DNA of 64,000 nt from the human T2T-CHM13v2.0 reference genome, Homo sapiens. The number at the start of each line of letters is the position of its first letter. Position 1 is the stretch's first letter. Where the stretch lies: the NCBI RefSeq assembly GCF_009914755.1, contig NC_060939.1; one strand, given 5' to 3'. The notes beneath the pieces were generated by a model, which was not told the DNA's origin, searched no databases, and was given only the letters and a program-made list of their open reading frames with translations. Positions 13,468 to 31,664 of the stretch are shown here, piece by piece. The position numbers were made by a program, and so were the translations under genes.

Positions 13468-15106
13468 CTATAAATTTTTTTTATAATGCCCTGATTCCCA
13501 TTATTTGATGTATTTGGATAAATATGTCATCCTGTAAATTGAAGGATTAAACTGATAAGAGCAGAAAACAGAAATTAGTACACTAGTTGATCTGGCTCAG
13601 ATATAGTGCCTATGTATCAGGTGCTCCATGAATATTTGTTGGATGAATAAATGATCATAAAACTATATAAAAATGAAGAAATAACAGAATAAAATAATTT
13701 GTTCTATATAAATCCTATGAATGAGATTGAGTGGGCTAATAGAATCCTTTCCATCTCAAAATGTTCTGGAAAGTCTTGAGTAAAAGACTCATCAAAAAAA
13801 TAATTCTGCTTTGTGCAGAAAGAAGGGTTGCTGACCTTTGAAGGTGCTTTTTGAGTCTTTAACATTCTTTAGTAGTATATTCCCCAAAGTTAAGAAATTC
13901 TAGTTAGATTTTAAAAAATTGAGTTAACATTTAAAAAACAGTTTTGTTGAGGTATAATACACGTACCATAAAATTTACTCAATTTAAGTACAGAGTTTGA
14001 TCAGTTTTAGTAAATTTATATAGTTGCACAGCTGTCATCAGAGGCTGCTTTTAAAACATGTCCATCACTCCAGAAGGGTTCCTGTGTCAATGGAATTGCT
14101 GGGTTATATTGTTTAAGTATTTGTTTAAAAAAACAGAAACAAATCTGCCTAACTTCTGCAGGCTATATACGAGTTAACATTTCCATGAGCAATGCATGAG
14201 GGTTGTGATTTTTCCACATCCCTGTCAACACTTGGTTTGTCAGTTTGTTTTTATTTAGCTGTTGTAGTGGATGGGTAGTGATGGTGTATGGTGGTTTTAA
14301 TTTGTATTTCCTTCATGAATAATGATATTGAAGATTTTTTATATGTTTATTTTCCACCCGTATCTCTTTGGTGAAATGTCTTTATAAATTTTTGTGAATT
14401 TTTAAATCAAGATCATTAACCAAATGAGCCCCTCATTTGGGCTCAAGTGATCCTTCCACCTCAACCTCCCGAGTAGCTGGGACCACAGGTGCAGGCCACG
14501 CTTGGCTAATTTTTGTATATTTTGTAGAGGCGGGGTTTTGCCATGTTGCCCAGGCTGGTCTTAAACTCCTGAACTCAAGCAATTGGCCTGCCTCACATAA
14601 GTATTCTCTTTTATTTTGAGGATTAATTTTTGTTGTTGTGAAATATATCCTACCTGTAAAAGAGTGCTTAAAATGTCGTATGTGTGCTTTAAAGGATAAT
14701 ATAATGGAAACTTGTGTTCCTACTGCCCAGGTTAGGAAATGGGTTATTAATAACTTTGAAACCTCCTAAATGCCTCTCTCCTACTGCATTTTCCTTCCTC
14801 CACATCAGATGTAGTGTTTCTTCAATTTTATATTAATATTTTGTACTTTTTATAGTTTTACCATATATGTTTATATATATCCTTAATATATTAGTTTTTA
14901 AAATTTGTTATTAACCTTCAGTTTATTCATTATTTCAACACTGTATAGTATCTTATTGTAGTAAAGTATGTCAATTAACTTATCCATTCCACTAGATGGA
15001 GATCGGGATTATTTCTGGTTTTTAGTTATTAAAAACAATGCTGCTGCTGGGTGCAGTGGCTTACGCCTGTAATCCTAGCACTTTGGGAGGCCGAGGCTGC
15101 GGATCA

Positions 15107-15382
<276 letters not shown>

Positions 15383-15594
15383 TTAGGGTTCACATTTTAT
15401 GGAGTAAGAGTAAGTACCTTCTTAAGGTTTATACCCTAGGTTCTTCACATGCCTCACTTTAGTCCTAGCCCTGAGCATTATTATGTAGGTCTTCTGATGC
15501 AATATCTAAGAGTTTCTCTAAGGTATACCTAGAAATAGATTGCTAGGTAATGGAGTAACTTTATTACTTACAGGAAACTATATGGTGGTTGTAA

Positions 15595-16077
<483 letters not shown>

Positions 16078-16794
16078 TGAGTAGCTAGGACTAAGGGCAC
16101 CTGCCACTATGCCTGGCTAATTTCTAAAGTTTTTTTTATAGAGGCAGAGTCTCGCTGTTTTGCCCAAGCTGTTCTCAAATTTCTAGGCTCGTGTGATCCT
16201 CCTGCCTCAGCCTCCCAAAGTGCTGGGATTATAGGTGTGAGCCACCACACCTGGCTGATCTATCTGTCTTAAACTGGAGAATTGCATTTTTTTCTACCTC
16301 CTTTCTTTTTTTTAAAAAAACTGAATTTCCATCTGTTACCCCTCCCTTTCTGCTCCTCTTATTTCATGCCTTGGAAGTTATACTTTGCCTTCCTTTAATG
16401 AGTACCAAAGAAATTAAAAAATACATGTTTACTGTAAGTCCAGGCCTAAATGTTGCTACTACAGGGACCATCAAATGCTTTACTACCATCTATTGCCATC
16501 TGCAAATGTATGCCATTGTTGTTTAGTTTTGTAGTTCTTAATGTATTTTAATTAAACACCACAAATTATGCTTTTTGTTTGTTTTATTCAGTCAGTAGAT
16601 GCTTAGAATACTTGCTTATTTTACCAATTCCTTTGCTTATTCCACTCCTTTGTTCTGGGATTATTTTTCTTTTTCCTAATATATTTTCATTAAAAGTTTA
16701 TTTGGTGAGAATCTAAAAACTCTCAAATTCTGAAAGTTTTAAAAATTTGCCTTTGTTGTTGAAAATTAGTTTTGATGGGTGAGAGAATCTAGAT

Positions 16795-17112
16795 CAGGTG
16801 TTAGCAAACCTTTTTTTGTAAAGGGCCAGATAGTAAATATTGTGGGCTTTGTGGGCCATAGAGTCTCTCTGACAACTACTCAGCAATGCTGTTGTAGGAC
16901 AAAAGCAACCATAGACATTATGTAAACATGAGTGTGGGTATGTTCTCACAAATTTTGTTTATAGACACTGAAATTTGACTCAATTTTCATGTGTTAAAAA
17001 TTATTATTTTTTGAATTTTTTTAACCATATAAAAATGTAAAAATCATTCGTAGCTTGTAGACCAAATAAACAGGATGGATTTGACCTGTGGGCCATAGTT
17101 TGCTGACCTCTG
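16795..17112. mobile_element. MER58B-like hAT-Charlie element
   Basis: TIRs CAGGTGTTAGCAAAC / GTTTGCTGACCTCTG; degenerate 8-bp TSD atctagat/gtctaaat. Confidence 0.75.
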
Positions 17113-17201
17113 GTCTAAATTAACATTCATTTTACTTAGTACCTGACACTGGAGTAATTATTCTTATGATGTCTTATTGTGATATTGTCTTCCATTTTTA
17201 A

Positions 17202-17565
<364 letters not shown>

Positions 17566-18481
17566 TGAGACGTAGTCTTGCTCTGTTGCCCAGGCCGGGG
17601 GGCGATGGTACGATCTTGGCTCATTGCAACCTCTGCTTCCCAAGTTCAAGCCATTCTCCTGCCTCAGCCTCCCAAGTAGCTGGGACTATAGGCACGTGCC
17701 ACCATGCCGAGCTAATTTTTGTATATTTAGTAGAGACGGGGTTTCACCATGTTGTCCAGGCTGGTCTTGAACTCCTGACCTCAAGTGATCCTCTCGCCTT
17801 GGCCTCTCAAATAACTGTCCTTTCTTTGTTGGTAATCTGGTGATATGTTTTCTTGTTTGGCTGCTTTTAAGAGCTGCTTCTTGTCTCTGGTGCAGTTCGC
17901 TATGATGTATCTAAGTATGTATTTATTTTCATTTAACCTGGTCAGGATTTGTTGAGTATCCAGAAACTAAGGATTGGTGTTTCTCATTACATCTGGAAAA
18001 ATTTGAGCCATTATTTTTGCTTATATTGTGGTATGTCATAGGAAGTTGAGAAAAGAAAAATTCATTTGATGGTTTTCTATGAGGTTATAGTGGAAAATAA
18101 CTATCTCCCTTTTAGAATTGAGTGCTAGACAGTTTCTGTGTAGATGATCTCATAAGCTTCCTTTTATCAAACAGCGATCACTTTTTTGGTTTGGCTGCTG
18201 AGAAGTATGGCATCAAGTATAATACTCATATGAGGTGTTTAAGAACTGAGTATATTTCTTATGCACATTTTACTATATACTATAATTATACATTAAAAAT
18301 GCACATTGTAAATATTATAAATATGTGTTATACATTGTTAATAGTTTGGATAGCAAAAGTATGACTTGACATTTGTTTTTTAAACCATATTTAAAGTAAC
18401 TCTATCACAATATGGATTTAATGGATTAATTGCATAATTGGTGAGCTACTGATTATTCTTGTTATTTGGATGCTTCTTTAA

Positions 18482-19050
<569 letters not shown>

Positions 19051-20285
19051 TAATAGAGTTATTAGATATTAGGAGGTTGGTTTGACCTGGAAATTATTTA
19101 AATGGGGTTTGATTATTATGTAAGTGTGTACTAATTTTCTGCTTCTGGAAAAACCACTTTGTGAAGTTCCAGGTATCTTTTTGCTTTGTTGGTTTCTAGT
19201 TTAATTCTATTGTGGGTAGAGAACATTCTTTATATGGTTTGTTTTATGGCCCACAATGTGGCCTGTGTTGGTGCATGTCCCATGTACACTTGGAAATAAT
19301 GTGTATTCTGCTCTTGTAGGATGTAGCATTCTGTAAATGTCAATTAGGTCAAGTTGGTTGATAGTGTTCTGTATATACTTACAATTACAGATATTCATAT
19401 TCTTACTGATGTAGTTACTGATTGGAAGGGTGATAGAAGAGTGTTGAAGTGTGCAAATGTAATTGTGGATTTGTTTCTACTTTCAGTTCTATCAATTTTT
19501 GATTTGTGTATTTTGAAGATCTGTTGTTGGATGCATATACATTTAGGATTGTCTGATTTCTTGGTAAATTGACCCGTTTGTCTTTATATAATATTCCTCT
19601 TCAATTTCTGATAATATTCCTTGTTTGAAGTCTACTTTGCCTGATAATATTTTAGTTTTAGTTATTTATTTAGCTATTTTAGTTTTGCTTTGGCCAGTCT
19701 TTGAATGGTATCAACATATAATTTTCGTAGAGTAAAATTCCCTTTTTTTAGTACAAATTCTGAGTTTCGACAAATGAAACTAGCCATGTAACCACTAGTA
19801 GCACCATAATCAAGTTATAAAAGTTTAATTACTCCCCCAAAAGTCACCTTTACTTTGTAGTAAACCACTTCTTCCATTCCCAATTGCTGGCAGCCATTAA
19901 TCTGTTTCTTTCTTCCTAGTTTTGCCTTTCTTGGAATGCCAAATAAATGGAATCATACATTATTATTATTTTGAGAGAGAGGGTCTCGCTCTGTCACCCA
20001 AGCTAGAGTGCAGTGGTGTGATTATAGCTCACTGCAACCTGAAACTCCTGGGTTCAAATGGTTTTCCCCAGTAGCTGGGTCTACAGGTGCATGCCGCCAT
20101 GCCTGGCTAATTTTTATGTATTTTTTTTGTAGAAATGGGGGTCTGGCTCTGTTGCCCAGGCTGGTTTTGAACTCCTGGCTTCAAGTGATACTCCATCTTC
20201 GGCCTCCTGAAGTACTGGCATTACAGGCATGAGCTATTGCGCCTGGGTTATGTAAATTTTTCAGTGGCTTTTAAACCTCATATAA

Positions 20286-20606
<321 letters not shown>

Positions 20607-20734
20607 TAAGAAAAGAGAAGAACTATCATCCTTAAGTATTAACGGGACTTTAACAAATTAAAAAAGTAGTACTTTGAATAAAAAGCTGTCACATTTTACT
20701 GTGAAATCCTTAGACTTTTTTTATACCTCTAGTT

Positions 20735-20940
20735 CAGGTTTTTTCAGCTTTGGCATGAATGATATTTTGAGCAAGATAAATCTTTGTTGGAGTTGTCCTG
20801 TATATTGTAGGATGGTTAACAACATCCCTGGCTTCTACCTGGTAGATGACAGTAGCACTTAATTGTAACAACCAAAAGTGTCTCCAGATGTTGCCAGTTA
20901 TTCCTTCTGGGGCAAAATTGTTCCCACTTGAGAACCACTG
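20735..20940. mobile_element. MER20 hAT-Charlie element
   Basis: Ends GAGAACCACTG; 8-bp TSD ctctagtt/ctctggtt. Confidence 0.75.
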
Positions 20941-23900
20941 CTCTGGTTAAGTAGTGTAATACTTGGAAATAGAAGGCAGAAAGTTGGTAAGTGCATAAAG
21001 AATTCACACAGAAGTTGGATTAGCAAGCTGAGAGACGTTATTTGAACAAGTAGCAATTGGAGGCATTTTGACTGAGAATGGATGTTGTGCCTCTCCCTCA
21101 CTCTTTCCTCCTCAGCTTGAGAGGTCCATATTCTCTCAAAGTTTGACTCTTTAGTTTTGAGGGTGATGACTGCCAACTGTGGAAGGGATAAACAGATTTC
21201 TGTTTGGTATTTTTGTCCAAATATATCAGGACTTTTTCAAGAACAGGCAATGAAATTATTGATCAGAACTACTTGGTGGTTCTGAGAAAATAATATGCTA
21301 CATGAGGCTACTGAAGTCCTCTTCCTTTTGCCCCATGATGTAACCTTAGGTGACTTTCTTCTGGCTTTCAGTTGAAGATCTTACCCATCATTGAGGTGAG
21401 CGAACTGATTTACTGCTTGAGTCTATTTTCTTCCTTAAAGGAGTCTTCATTGAAAACTTTACCCATTTTGGGGTGGCCATAGCTGAGGATGAGTTTTGTC
21501 CACAACCTGAGACAACATACTCACTATGTAAAAAACCTGATCTCAGCTTGATATCTGGTTTTAGACTAATTGTTTAATAGAATAATTTATTATTGTAAAA
21601 TATATATAAAATTTACCATTTTTAAGTGTGTAAGTCAGTGGCATTAAGTACATTTACAAAGTTGTGCAGCCATCACCACTGTCCATTTCTAGAAGTGTTT
21701 CATCATTCCAAACAGAAACACTGTACCCATTAAACAATAAATCTCCACATCCCCTTGCCTCCCCAGATCCTGGTAATCTCCATTCTATTTTCTGTATCTA
21801 TGAATTTGACTATTCTAGGTTTTTCATGTAAGGTGAATCATACAATATTTGCCCTTTTCTGCCTGGCTTATTCCACTCAGCATTTTCAAGATTCATTCAT
21901 GTTGTAGCATGTGTCAGAATTTCATTCCTTTTTAAGGCTGAATAATATTCTAGTGTATGTATATATCACATTTTGTTTATCTGTCTGTTGATGGGCATTT
22001 GGGTTGTTTTCCTTAGAGTCTTTATATGTCAGTAATTCTTAAAGAATTTAAAAGTTGTAGAAACTAGGAATTTTGTAGATATTCTAGAAATATGTCATTT
22101 CCTGTACTGTATATAATAATTTATTCTACAGACTAATTACTGTGTATATATTTGGTTCTCAGACGTGATTTTGATTTTGTAGATGCTGTACATGCTCTTC
22201 ACTTCATTAATCTTTTCCTTTTGCTAATTTTGGTTCTTGTGTATACAGAATTATAGAGTTACAAGGTAATTTAGTTGTTACCTAATTCACCCTAAAGTCT
22301 ACATGAAACCACTGTCACAGTCTTTGATAAGTAGTTACCAAATCTCACTATTTCTACTGTGATAGTGAATGACTTTCATTGATTAGCTTTCTGAAAGAAT
22401 AGTTTATCTTACTTGTCTTGGTATCCTCACCTCTGAGTCTATTTGTCTATTGTAATCTGGCTTTTGCTCCACCGCTCCACTGATTAAATGGATGAGCTAA
22501 GCATTTTTTTTTTTTTCCACTGCAACCTCTGCCTCCCGGGTTCAAGTGATTCTCTTGCCTCAGCTTCCCGTGTAGCTGGTATTACAGGTGCCCACCACCA
22601 TGCCTGGCTAATTTTTTGTCTTTTTAGTAGAAACGGGGTTTCACTATGTTGGCCAGACTGGTATCGAGCTCCTGACTTCATGATCCACCCCAAAGCCTCC
22701 CAAAGTTCTGGGATTACAGGTGTGAGCCACCGTGCTTGGCCCAATTCTGTTTAATTTTTGAGGAACAATGTTAACTTCTAATTTAAATGGAAGGTAGTAT
22801 ATATCTAATTTTTCCCTATTATTTTTAATTTCAATGCTAGTAAATCTTTAAATCTGAAATACACACTCTTGAATTTTGACAGATATGTATACTCATGTAC
22901 ATATTTATATTCCTGTAATCATCAGATCAAATTAAACATTTTTATCACTTAGAAAGTTTCCTCATGCCTTTTTCCAGTAAGTCTTCTGCTTCACTTCGCC
23001 AGATGCAACCACCATTCTGATTTCTGCCTGTATAAATTGATTTTGAACTTTCCTATAATAAGTTGTGCTTGAACTTCACACAAAGGGAGCCATACAGTAT
23101 CTACTATTTAGCTTTTGGCAGCTTTCATACAACATGTTGTTTTGGAGATTCATCCGTGTTGTTATATGTATCAGTAGTTCTTTTATTTAAAAAATGCTGT
23201 TTAGTATTCAGTTGCATGAATATACCACCGTTTGTCCATTCTCCTGTTAATGAGTATTTGCAATGTTTCCAGTTTTTGAGTACTGTGAAAGTTTCTATGA
23301 ACATTTATTTATTTAGAGATGGAGTCTCGCTTTATTGCCCAGGCTGGAGTGCAGTGGTGCGATCTCAGCTCACTGTAACCTCCGCCTCCTGGGTTCAATC
23401 GATTCTTCAGCTTCAGCCTCCTGAGTAGCTGGGACTATAGGTGTGTGCCACCATGCCCGGCTAATTTTTCTATTTTTAGTAGAGACGGGATTTCACCATA
23501 TTAGCCAGGCTGGTCTTGAATTCCTTACCTCATGATCCGCCCGCCTCAGCCTCCCATAGTGCTGGGATTACAGGCATGAGCCACTGCACCCGGCCTGAAC
23601 ATTTATTTACTGGTTTTTTTTGTGTGTGCATGTGTGTGCAAGTTTTCACTTGAATAAGTGCCTAGGGAGTGGAATTGCTTGGTCATATGTGAACTGTTTG
23701 TTTTAACTTTATAATAAACTGCCGAAGTATTTTCCAAAGTGGTTGTACAGTTTTACCCGACCGCCAGCAACGTGTGAGGATTCTGTTTGGCTACATTCTT
23801 GCCAACATTTGTTACTATCAGTCTTTTTCATATTAGACTTGCTGGTGGGTATATTGTGTTTTATTGTGATTTTAATTTGCATTACACTAATGACTAGTGA

Positions 23901-25196
23901 TGTTGAACACCTTTTCATATACTTATTGGTCATATCTTTTGTGTAGTGCCTGCTCAAGTTTTTTGCCTATTTTTAAATTTCTTTTTTCCTTATTATTGAT
24001 TTGTGAGACTTCTTAATATATTCTGAATGTACGTCCTTTGTCTGTTATATATGTGGTAAGTATTTCCCCCCAGCCTGTGTTTTACTACTTTCATTTTATT
24101 AAGGTATCTTTTGATGATCAAAAGTTTTAATTTTGATGAAGGCCAATTTACTATTATTTTTCTTTTGTTATTAATGCCTTCTCTGTCTTGTCTAGGAAAT
24201 CTTGATCCTTACCCCAGACTGAGTTGTGTGTCCTCTCCCTTTTCTGCATTAATATTGCAGAAATTAATTTTTTGGTTTTAGAAAATGTCTAATTTGGCTC
24301 AATCAGTAATTTTTGATATCTTTCTATTGAAATATATATACAGAAAAGTACATACATAAATCATAATTGTACTGTGCAGTGAATTTTTACAAAGTAAACA
24401 TATCCATGTAATCACCATCTAGATTAAGGTATAGAATATTATCAGTGCCCTCCAGGCCGCCTCCTTATTCCCTACCAGTCATTAACCACCCCTCCCAAAG
24501 GTAGTAACTTGTATTTAACTTCTATCTTCTACATCAGTTTTGCCTGCTTTTGAATTTAATGTAAATGGAATCATGCAGTGTGTACTTTTTAATATCTAAC
24601 TTCGTTGCTCAGAATTATGTTTGTGAGATTCATTTATGTTGTTGCATGTAGTAGTGGTTGGTTGTTTTCTTCCTTGTTATATATATTCCATTGTGGGGCT
24701 CTACCTAAGTCTATTCATTTTATACTTGATGAACATTTGGGATATTTTTATTGTGATGTATTATGAATAATGCCACCATGAAGAGTCTTGTACATGTTTT
24801 TTGGTACACATACATACTTAGGAGTAGGATTTTCAGGGTCACCAGGAAGGATATATTTAGGCTCAGTGAATACTAGCAAGCAATTTTTAAAATGCGGTCA
24901 ATATAATCCCCATGTGTAAAATAAAGGTGTACAAACGCACACACACACACTTGCTCATATGCTTATATGTGCATAGAAATTCCTTGAAAATACTCAAGAA
25001 ATGCTTCACCTCTGGTAAGGGATAGGAATGGAATGGGTCTTTTGTTTAGTATCCTATGTGCCCTTTGAATTTTGTTTTACTGTAAGTATGTATTTTTAAG
25101 AAAACCAACTAGTTATTTTTAAAAATCATTTGAAAGTCTTCCTACTTTGATATATGAAAAACACTGGTTTTAAAAAAAATAATAGAAAAGCTTTAA

Positions 25197-25484
<288 letters not shown>

Positions 25485-26075
25485 TGAGCCACTGTGCCTG
25501 GCCGCTTTAAAATCATTAATGTTGCGTTGCTCAGTTATGTCTAATTGACAGCCCAAACATTTACATTGTAATATTAGAAAGTCCTTTATGATTGGGCAGA
25601 AACTTGGTTTAATGTGTCACCTTGGAGACCTGGGTTATAGTCCTGCCTCTTCCATTAACTACTTGTTGAATGTGGACAATTTACTTAACCTTTAGGGCCT
25701 TAATTTCCTCCTTTATAATGTGAGAATGTTCTCTGAATTGCATAACTCACTGGCCTTACGTGACTATTCAGTGGAATAATAAGAGAGAAAAACTTTGAGA
25801 TACATGCACACACACCCTTAAGAAGGATATAATTGTTAAATTTTGCTTTGAGGAAATAAAATAATCTAAGCTATAAAGTAAAACCATAATTAGCTAATCT
25901 TTTATATGACTTTTTTCTTCCTCATTTCAAGCTAATGAGAAGCAAACAAACTGGATAGCAGCAATATAATTAAAAAATTATAGGACAGCTTCTAGCATGT
26001 ATTCTTGAGTCAATACTGACTCAGCCCAGTCTCTTCCTCTTCCTTCATCATCATTTATGTACCTGAACAGAGTAG

Positions 26076-26474
<399 letters not shown>

Positions 26475-28244
26475 GAGGAGCTGACTCTTGCAGCCTCCTT
26501 TTCTTCCCAGGCTTCCGTGTCAGCAGTTTCTGGCTGGATTAGCAAGTGGAGGAACTGGCAGGAGATTAGAAGGCAAGAGGAAAGAGAAGACAGGGCTTCC
26601 CTCCCCGACCTTCAGGCCTCAGAGTCGTAGTGGTTTTTTGCTCATGCAGACTTCTGATTTGTCTCACCATTCCCTGTTGGGCCTCTCATTTCTTCCATTG
26701 CCTGTTCTCTGCATTAAAGTCCTTGTGTTTCAAATCCTCAAGTGGCTTTTTGTTAGGCTTTGACTGATACAGGGCTCAAAATGATAGTAATGAAAATGTC
26801 TTACATTTATATTCTTTTCAAGATTTGTTATCTCTTTTGATACCCCAAATATCCTATTGAGGTAGAAAAGTGTTATAATTCCTGTTTGGCATGAGGAAAT
26901 TAACATTTATTGAATGACTATTTTCAGATTCTTTGGATTTTCGGGTGAAAATTTTAGGGGGGATAAATGGAGGCCCAGAGAAGTGAAATAACTTGCCCTA
27001 GGCCCCATAGAAGGCTGGTATTGAATCAAGATTGAAATTCTGCATGTGAAAACTTTTATGTGCTACATGTCTGCTAGTCCTGGAAGAAATCCTTTCTTTG
27101 ATGAGTATTTTTTTTAAAGGCTTTACTTGCAATATATTTACAAAAGCCTTAGTTATTTAGTAAATTTTTCAATGAAAAATCTGAACCATAATAATTTTCT
27201 GCTTAGTACTTATATAGCTAGCATACTATCCCTAGCATTAATCAAAGTGTCATGTAAAGGTTTGATTTTTGAGCCTAAGCAGAATTTGAAATTCTTCTAA
27301 GAGAATTTAGCACCTAGGGCAAACTACAGGGGAGAATTCTTGAGGTGTCATGTTTATTCACTTCTGGAATTGTTTAAAATATGTCAGGTGCATCCTTAAA
27401 GGGAGAAAGAAGGGGGAAGAGATGTTACAAAAGAGTAGAATGGGGCAAGAGAAGTGGCAAGGGAGTATTGTTGCTAGGTTGCCAGCCTTCTGCCCCCACT
27501 GTCTTGGTGATGGTGGAGGGGTAGTGTGGCAGCTGGGATATGAATGAGGTCTTTTTTATAACTCACTAAAAGCCATTACCTTGTCTTCATCTCGTCAGCT
27601 GGCTACCTGACCTCTGTGGTAACATAGGCTCCTGAAATGTAGCATTGGAGATGATCACTGTGCTTTATTGCAAAATAGGGGAGACTCTGCTCTGCATTTA
27701 CATGCTTATGTTTTGTGGAGGATCTTTCAACTAGTAATTCTCATAATACCTGTGAAAGCATATAAGAACCAGTATCTCCATTTTTAGGGGGAGTTGGAGT
27801 GAGCAATGATTTGGAATACCAGAAATTCAACTTATATATTTACAGGTAAAATTCTAATTGTAAATTCAGGATTCATAGATTCTAGGGATTTCTGAGGTAT
27901 CCAGAATTCCTTCATCTTTGATGATAAGTAGATAATAATGGTAATAAAAATAACAGCAACAGGCCCAGCACAGTGACCCACACCTGTAATCCCAGCACTT
28001 TGGGAGACTGAGGCAGGTGGATCACTTGAGGTCAGGAGTTCAAGACCAGCCTGGCGGACATGGCAAAACCCCATTTCTACTAAAAATGCAAAAATTAGCT
28101 GAGCATAGTGGCATGTGCCTGTAATCCCAGCTACTCAGTAGGCTGAGTCATAAGAATCATTTGAATCTGGGAGGTGGAGATTGCGGTGAGCTAAGATCGC
28201 GCCACTGCACTCCGGCCTTTATGACAGAACTCGACTCCATCTCA

Positions 28245-28276
<32 letters not shown>

Positions 28277-29455
28277 CAAAATGCAAAAAAACAGCAACAA
28301 TAATAGGTAACATTTCTTTAAGGCCTACTATGTACCAGGCACTATTTGAACCTCTTTATATATTAGGTAATACGATACAACTCTATGAGAATGAGTATTT
28401 TATTTCCTGACCCTTCTATTTAAAAGTAAAACCCCCCACCCGGCACTGTTTCTCTTTCCTGCTTTATTTTTCTCCATAGAAAAATATCACTCATAAGTGT
28501 AACATACTTTATTATCTGTCCTGTGTGGTAGTAGCCCCTGCCCTCAATTATAAACTCCATGAAATCAGGGAGTCAGTTTTGTTCACTGCTGTATTCCCAG
28601 TGCCTAGAACAGTGCCTGGAATCATGGTAGGTACCCAGCGAATATTGGTTGAATGAATGAGTCTTGGTTTTACAGATGAGGAAACTATAAATTTCCCAGG
28701 TCACACATTTGGTAATAGGACAGTTGTGTACACTGAAATGTTCTCTAAAATATTTGATGGAACGAAAATTAGCTTTTGGACAGCTACATCTCCAAGAGTG
28801 TGAAATGACCTTCAGCACTGGATTTGGTGGATTTTCCTTTTTCTAATCCCTAGAGTTCCATTTAATGAGCGTTTGGGTTCTTGAGCTACCTTACAAATTG
28901 AACACTTTTTTCTCCAGCTTTCACTCAAGAAACACAAAACATGGCTTGTCCTTTTTTTTTTTTTTTTTTTTTTTTTGAGACTGGGTCTCACTCTGTCACC
29001 CAGGTTGGAGTGCAGTGCACAATCATGGTTCATTGCAACCTCTGCCTCCCAGGCTCAAGCAATCCTCCTAACTCAGCCTCCTGAGTAGCTGGGACTACAG
29101 GCTTGTGCCTCCACTCCTGGCTAATTTTTTTGTATTTTTTGTAGAGATGGGGTTTGTCCAGGCTGGCCTTGAAGTGCTGGACTCAAGTGATCCGTCCACC
29201 TGGGCCTCCCAAAGTGCTGGGGTTACAGGCGTAAACCACTATAGCTAGCCCTGATTGTCTTTTATTGTGAGATTTTAATAACAGCTAAGACTTGAAAATT
29301 AACATTTTATAAATTTTCTTTTAGACTACTTAGTGATATACTAAGTATCTAAGGTTTGTAATACTTAGTATAAACTCAAAAGGGTTCAGTGCCTCATTCT
29401 CTTTTACTCTTTCCCTTTAGTAGATAGGTGACAGAGGACTGGGTCATGCAGTTGA

Positions 29456-29707
<252 letters not shown>

Positions 29708-30236
29708 TAGCCAGGATTGTTTCGATCTCCTGACCTCATGATCCACCTGCGTGGACCTCCCAAAATGCTAGGATTACAGGCGTGAGTCACCACCCCCGGA
29801 CCCTGGAACTATTTATGACGGTGCACTTTATGCACTTAACACACTCACATGTCTTTAAGCTTGGTGACTCGTGTGGCTTTTTCGAAGGAGATTTGATTCT
29901 GGAAGTGGTTAAGTAGGATGTGAATGGCTAAGGTCTGGTCATTGGTGAAGCCTAGGGGAAGAAAAGAAAGGAAACACAAGTCTTAGAAGAATTTCAGATC
30001 GGCCCCAACGACTAGAAGGGTGGTTCTACTAAGAAAATGTGTGTAGTCAGAAAATGAAGAGTCAGTTGCTTAAAATTTTACTTTTTTTCTTGTTCCTGGC
30101 ATGTAAAGTCATATCCATACTTTCTGTTGTAATTTCTTCTTACAAATTCCATTGATAATCCCTATTCTTGGATAGCAATGAGCAGCATTACTTCTTTTTT
30201 ATTTTTTTAAAAAAATTAAATTTTTTGTTGAAATGA

Positions 30237-30377
<141 letters not shown>

Positions 30378-31323
30378 TAACTCTGAGTCACAGTAAGCTT
30401 TTTTTTTCTTCCTGTCATATTATGGACATAGAAGTTTTTTGGTTTTCTTTAGATTGTTTCTCCTTAGGTTGCAGAACATCAAGAAATGGATTACAGTCAT
30501 TTTCCTCTCTTCCCCATGCTCTTCCCTTTCTTTTCCTTTTTTCTTTTTTTTTTTTTTTTTTGGAGACAGAATCTTGCTCTTTGGCCGAGGCTGGAGTACA
30601 GTGTCATGATCTTGGCTCACTGTAACCTCCCCGCACCAGGTTCAAGTGATTCTGGTGCCTAAGCCTCCCTAGTAGCTGGGATGTCAGGATGCGCCACCAC
30701 ACCCTGCTAATTTTTGTATTTTTTTGTAGAGATGGGGTTTCACCATGTTGTCCAGGCTGACCTCAAACTCCTGGACTCAAATGATCTGCCCTCCTCGGTC
30801 TCCCAAAGTGCTGGGATTATAGGCATGAGCCACCACATCTGGCCTCTTTCCCATTTTTAAAAAGGACTGTCTCCAACATATTAAAATTCACAAAAAATAA
30901 TATAAACACACATGTACTCACTGGCTAGGCTTAATAAAAAACATTTAGTCATGTTTACTTTAAAGCTTTTTATTTTTTTGAGAAATAAGCATTAAAGAGT
31001 TGAAGTCTCCTTTCTGTCTTTTCATAATTCTGTTCTTCCCTCTTCCTTCCTTGAGATCTTCACTATTCTTGGGTTAATTTGGATCTTTCTACTCCTTGTT
31101 ACCACAGAAAAGTAATTCTTAATGAATTTGACCATATTTTAAACTTCTGATTTCAGTGGGCAGGTAACTCATTTTATGGTTTCTGTATTGTGAGCCATTT
31201 TCAATGACTCAACTAGATTTTTTTCATCGTTGACTTCTCATTTCTGGGCAACAGCATAATGTTCTCATTTGAGCTATTTCTAAAGATTGTGTTTAACTAT
31301 TTAAAATATTTGTGGTACTCTGA

Positions 31324-31611
<288 letters not shown>

Positions 31612-31664
31612 TGAGCCACTGCACCTGGCCAGAAGTGATATTAACTATCTTATATGTATATTTC

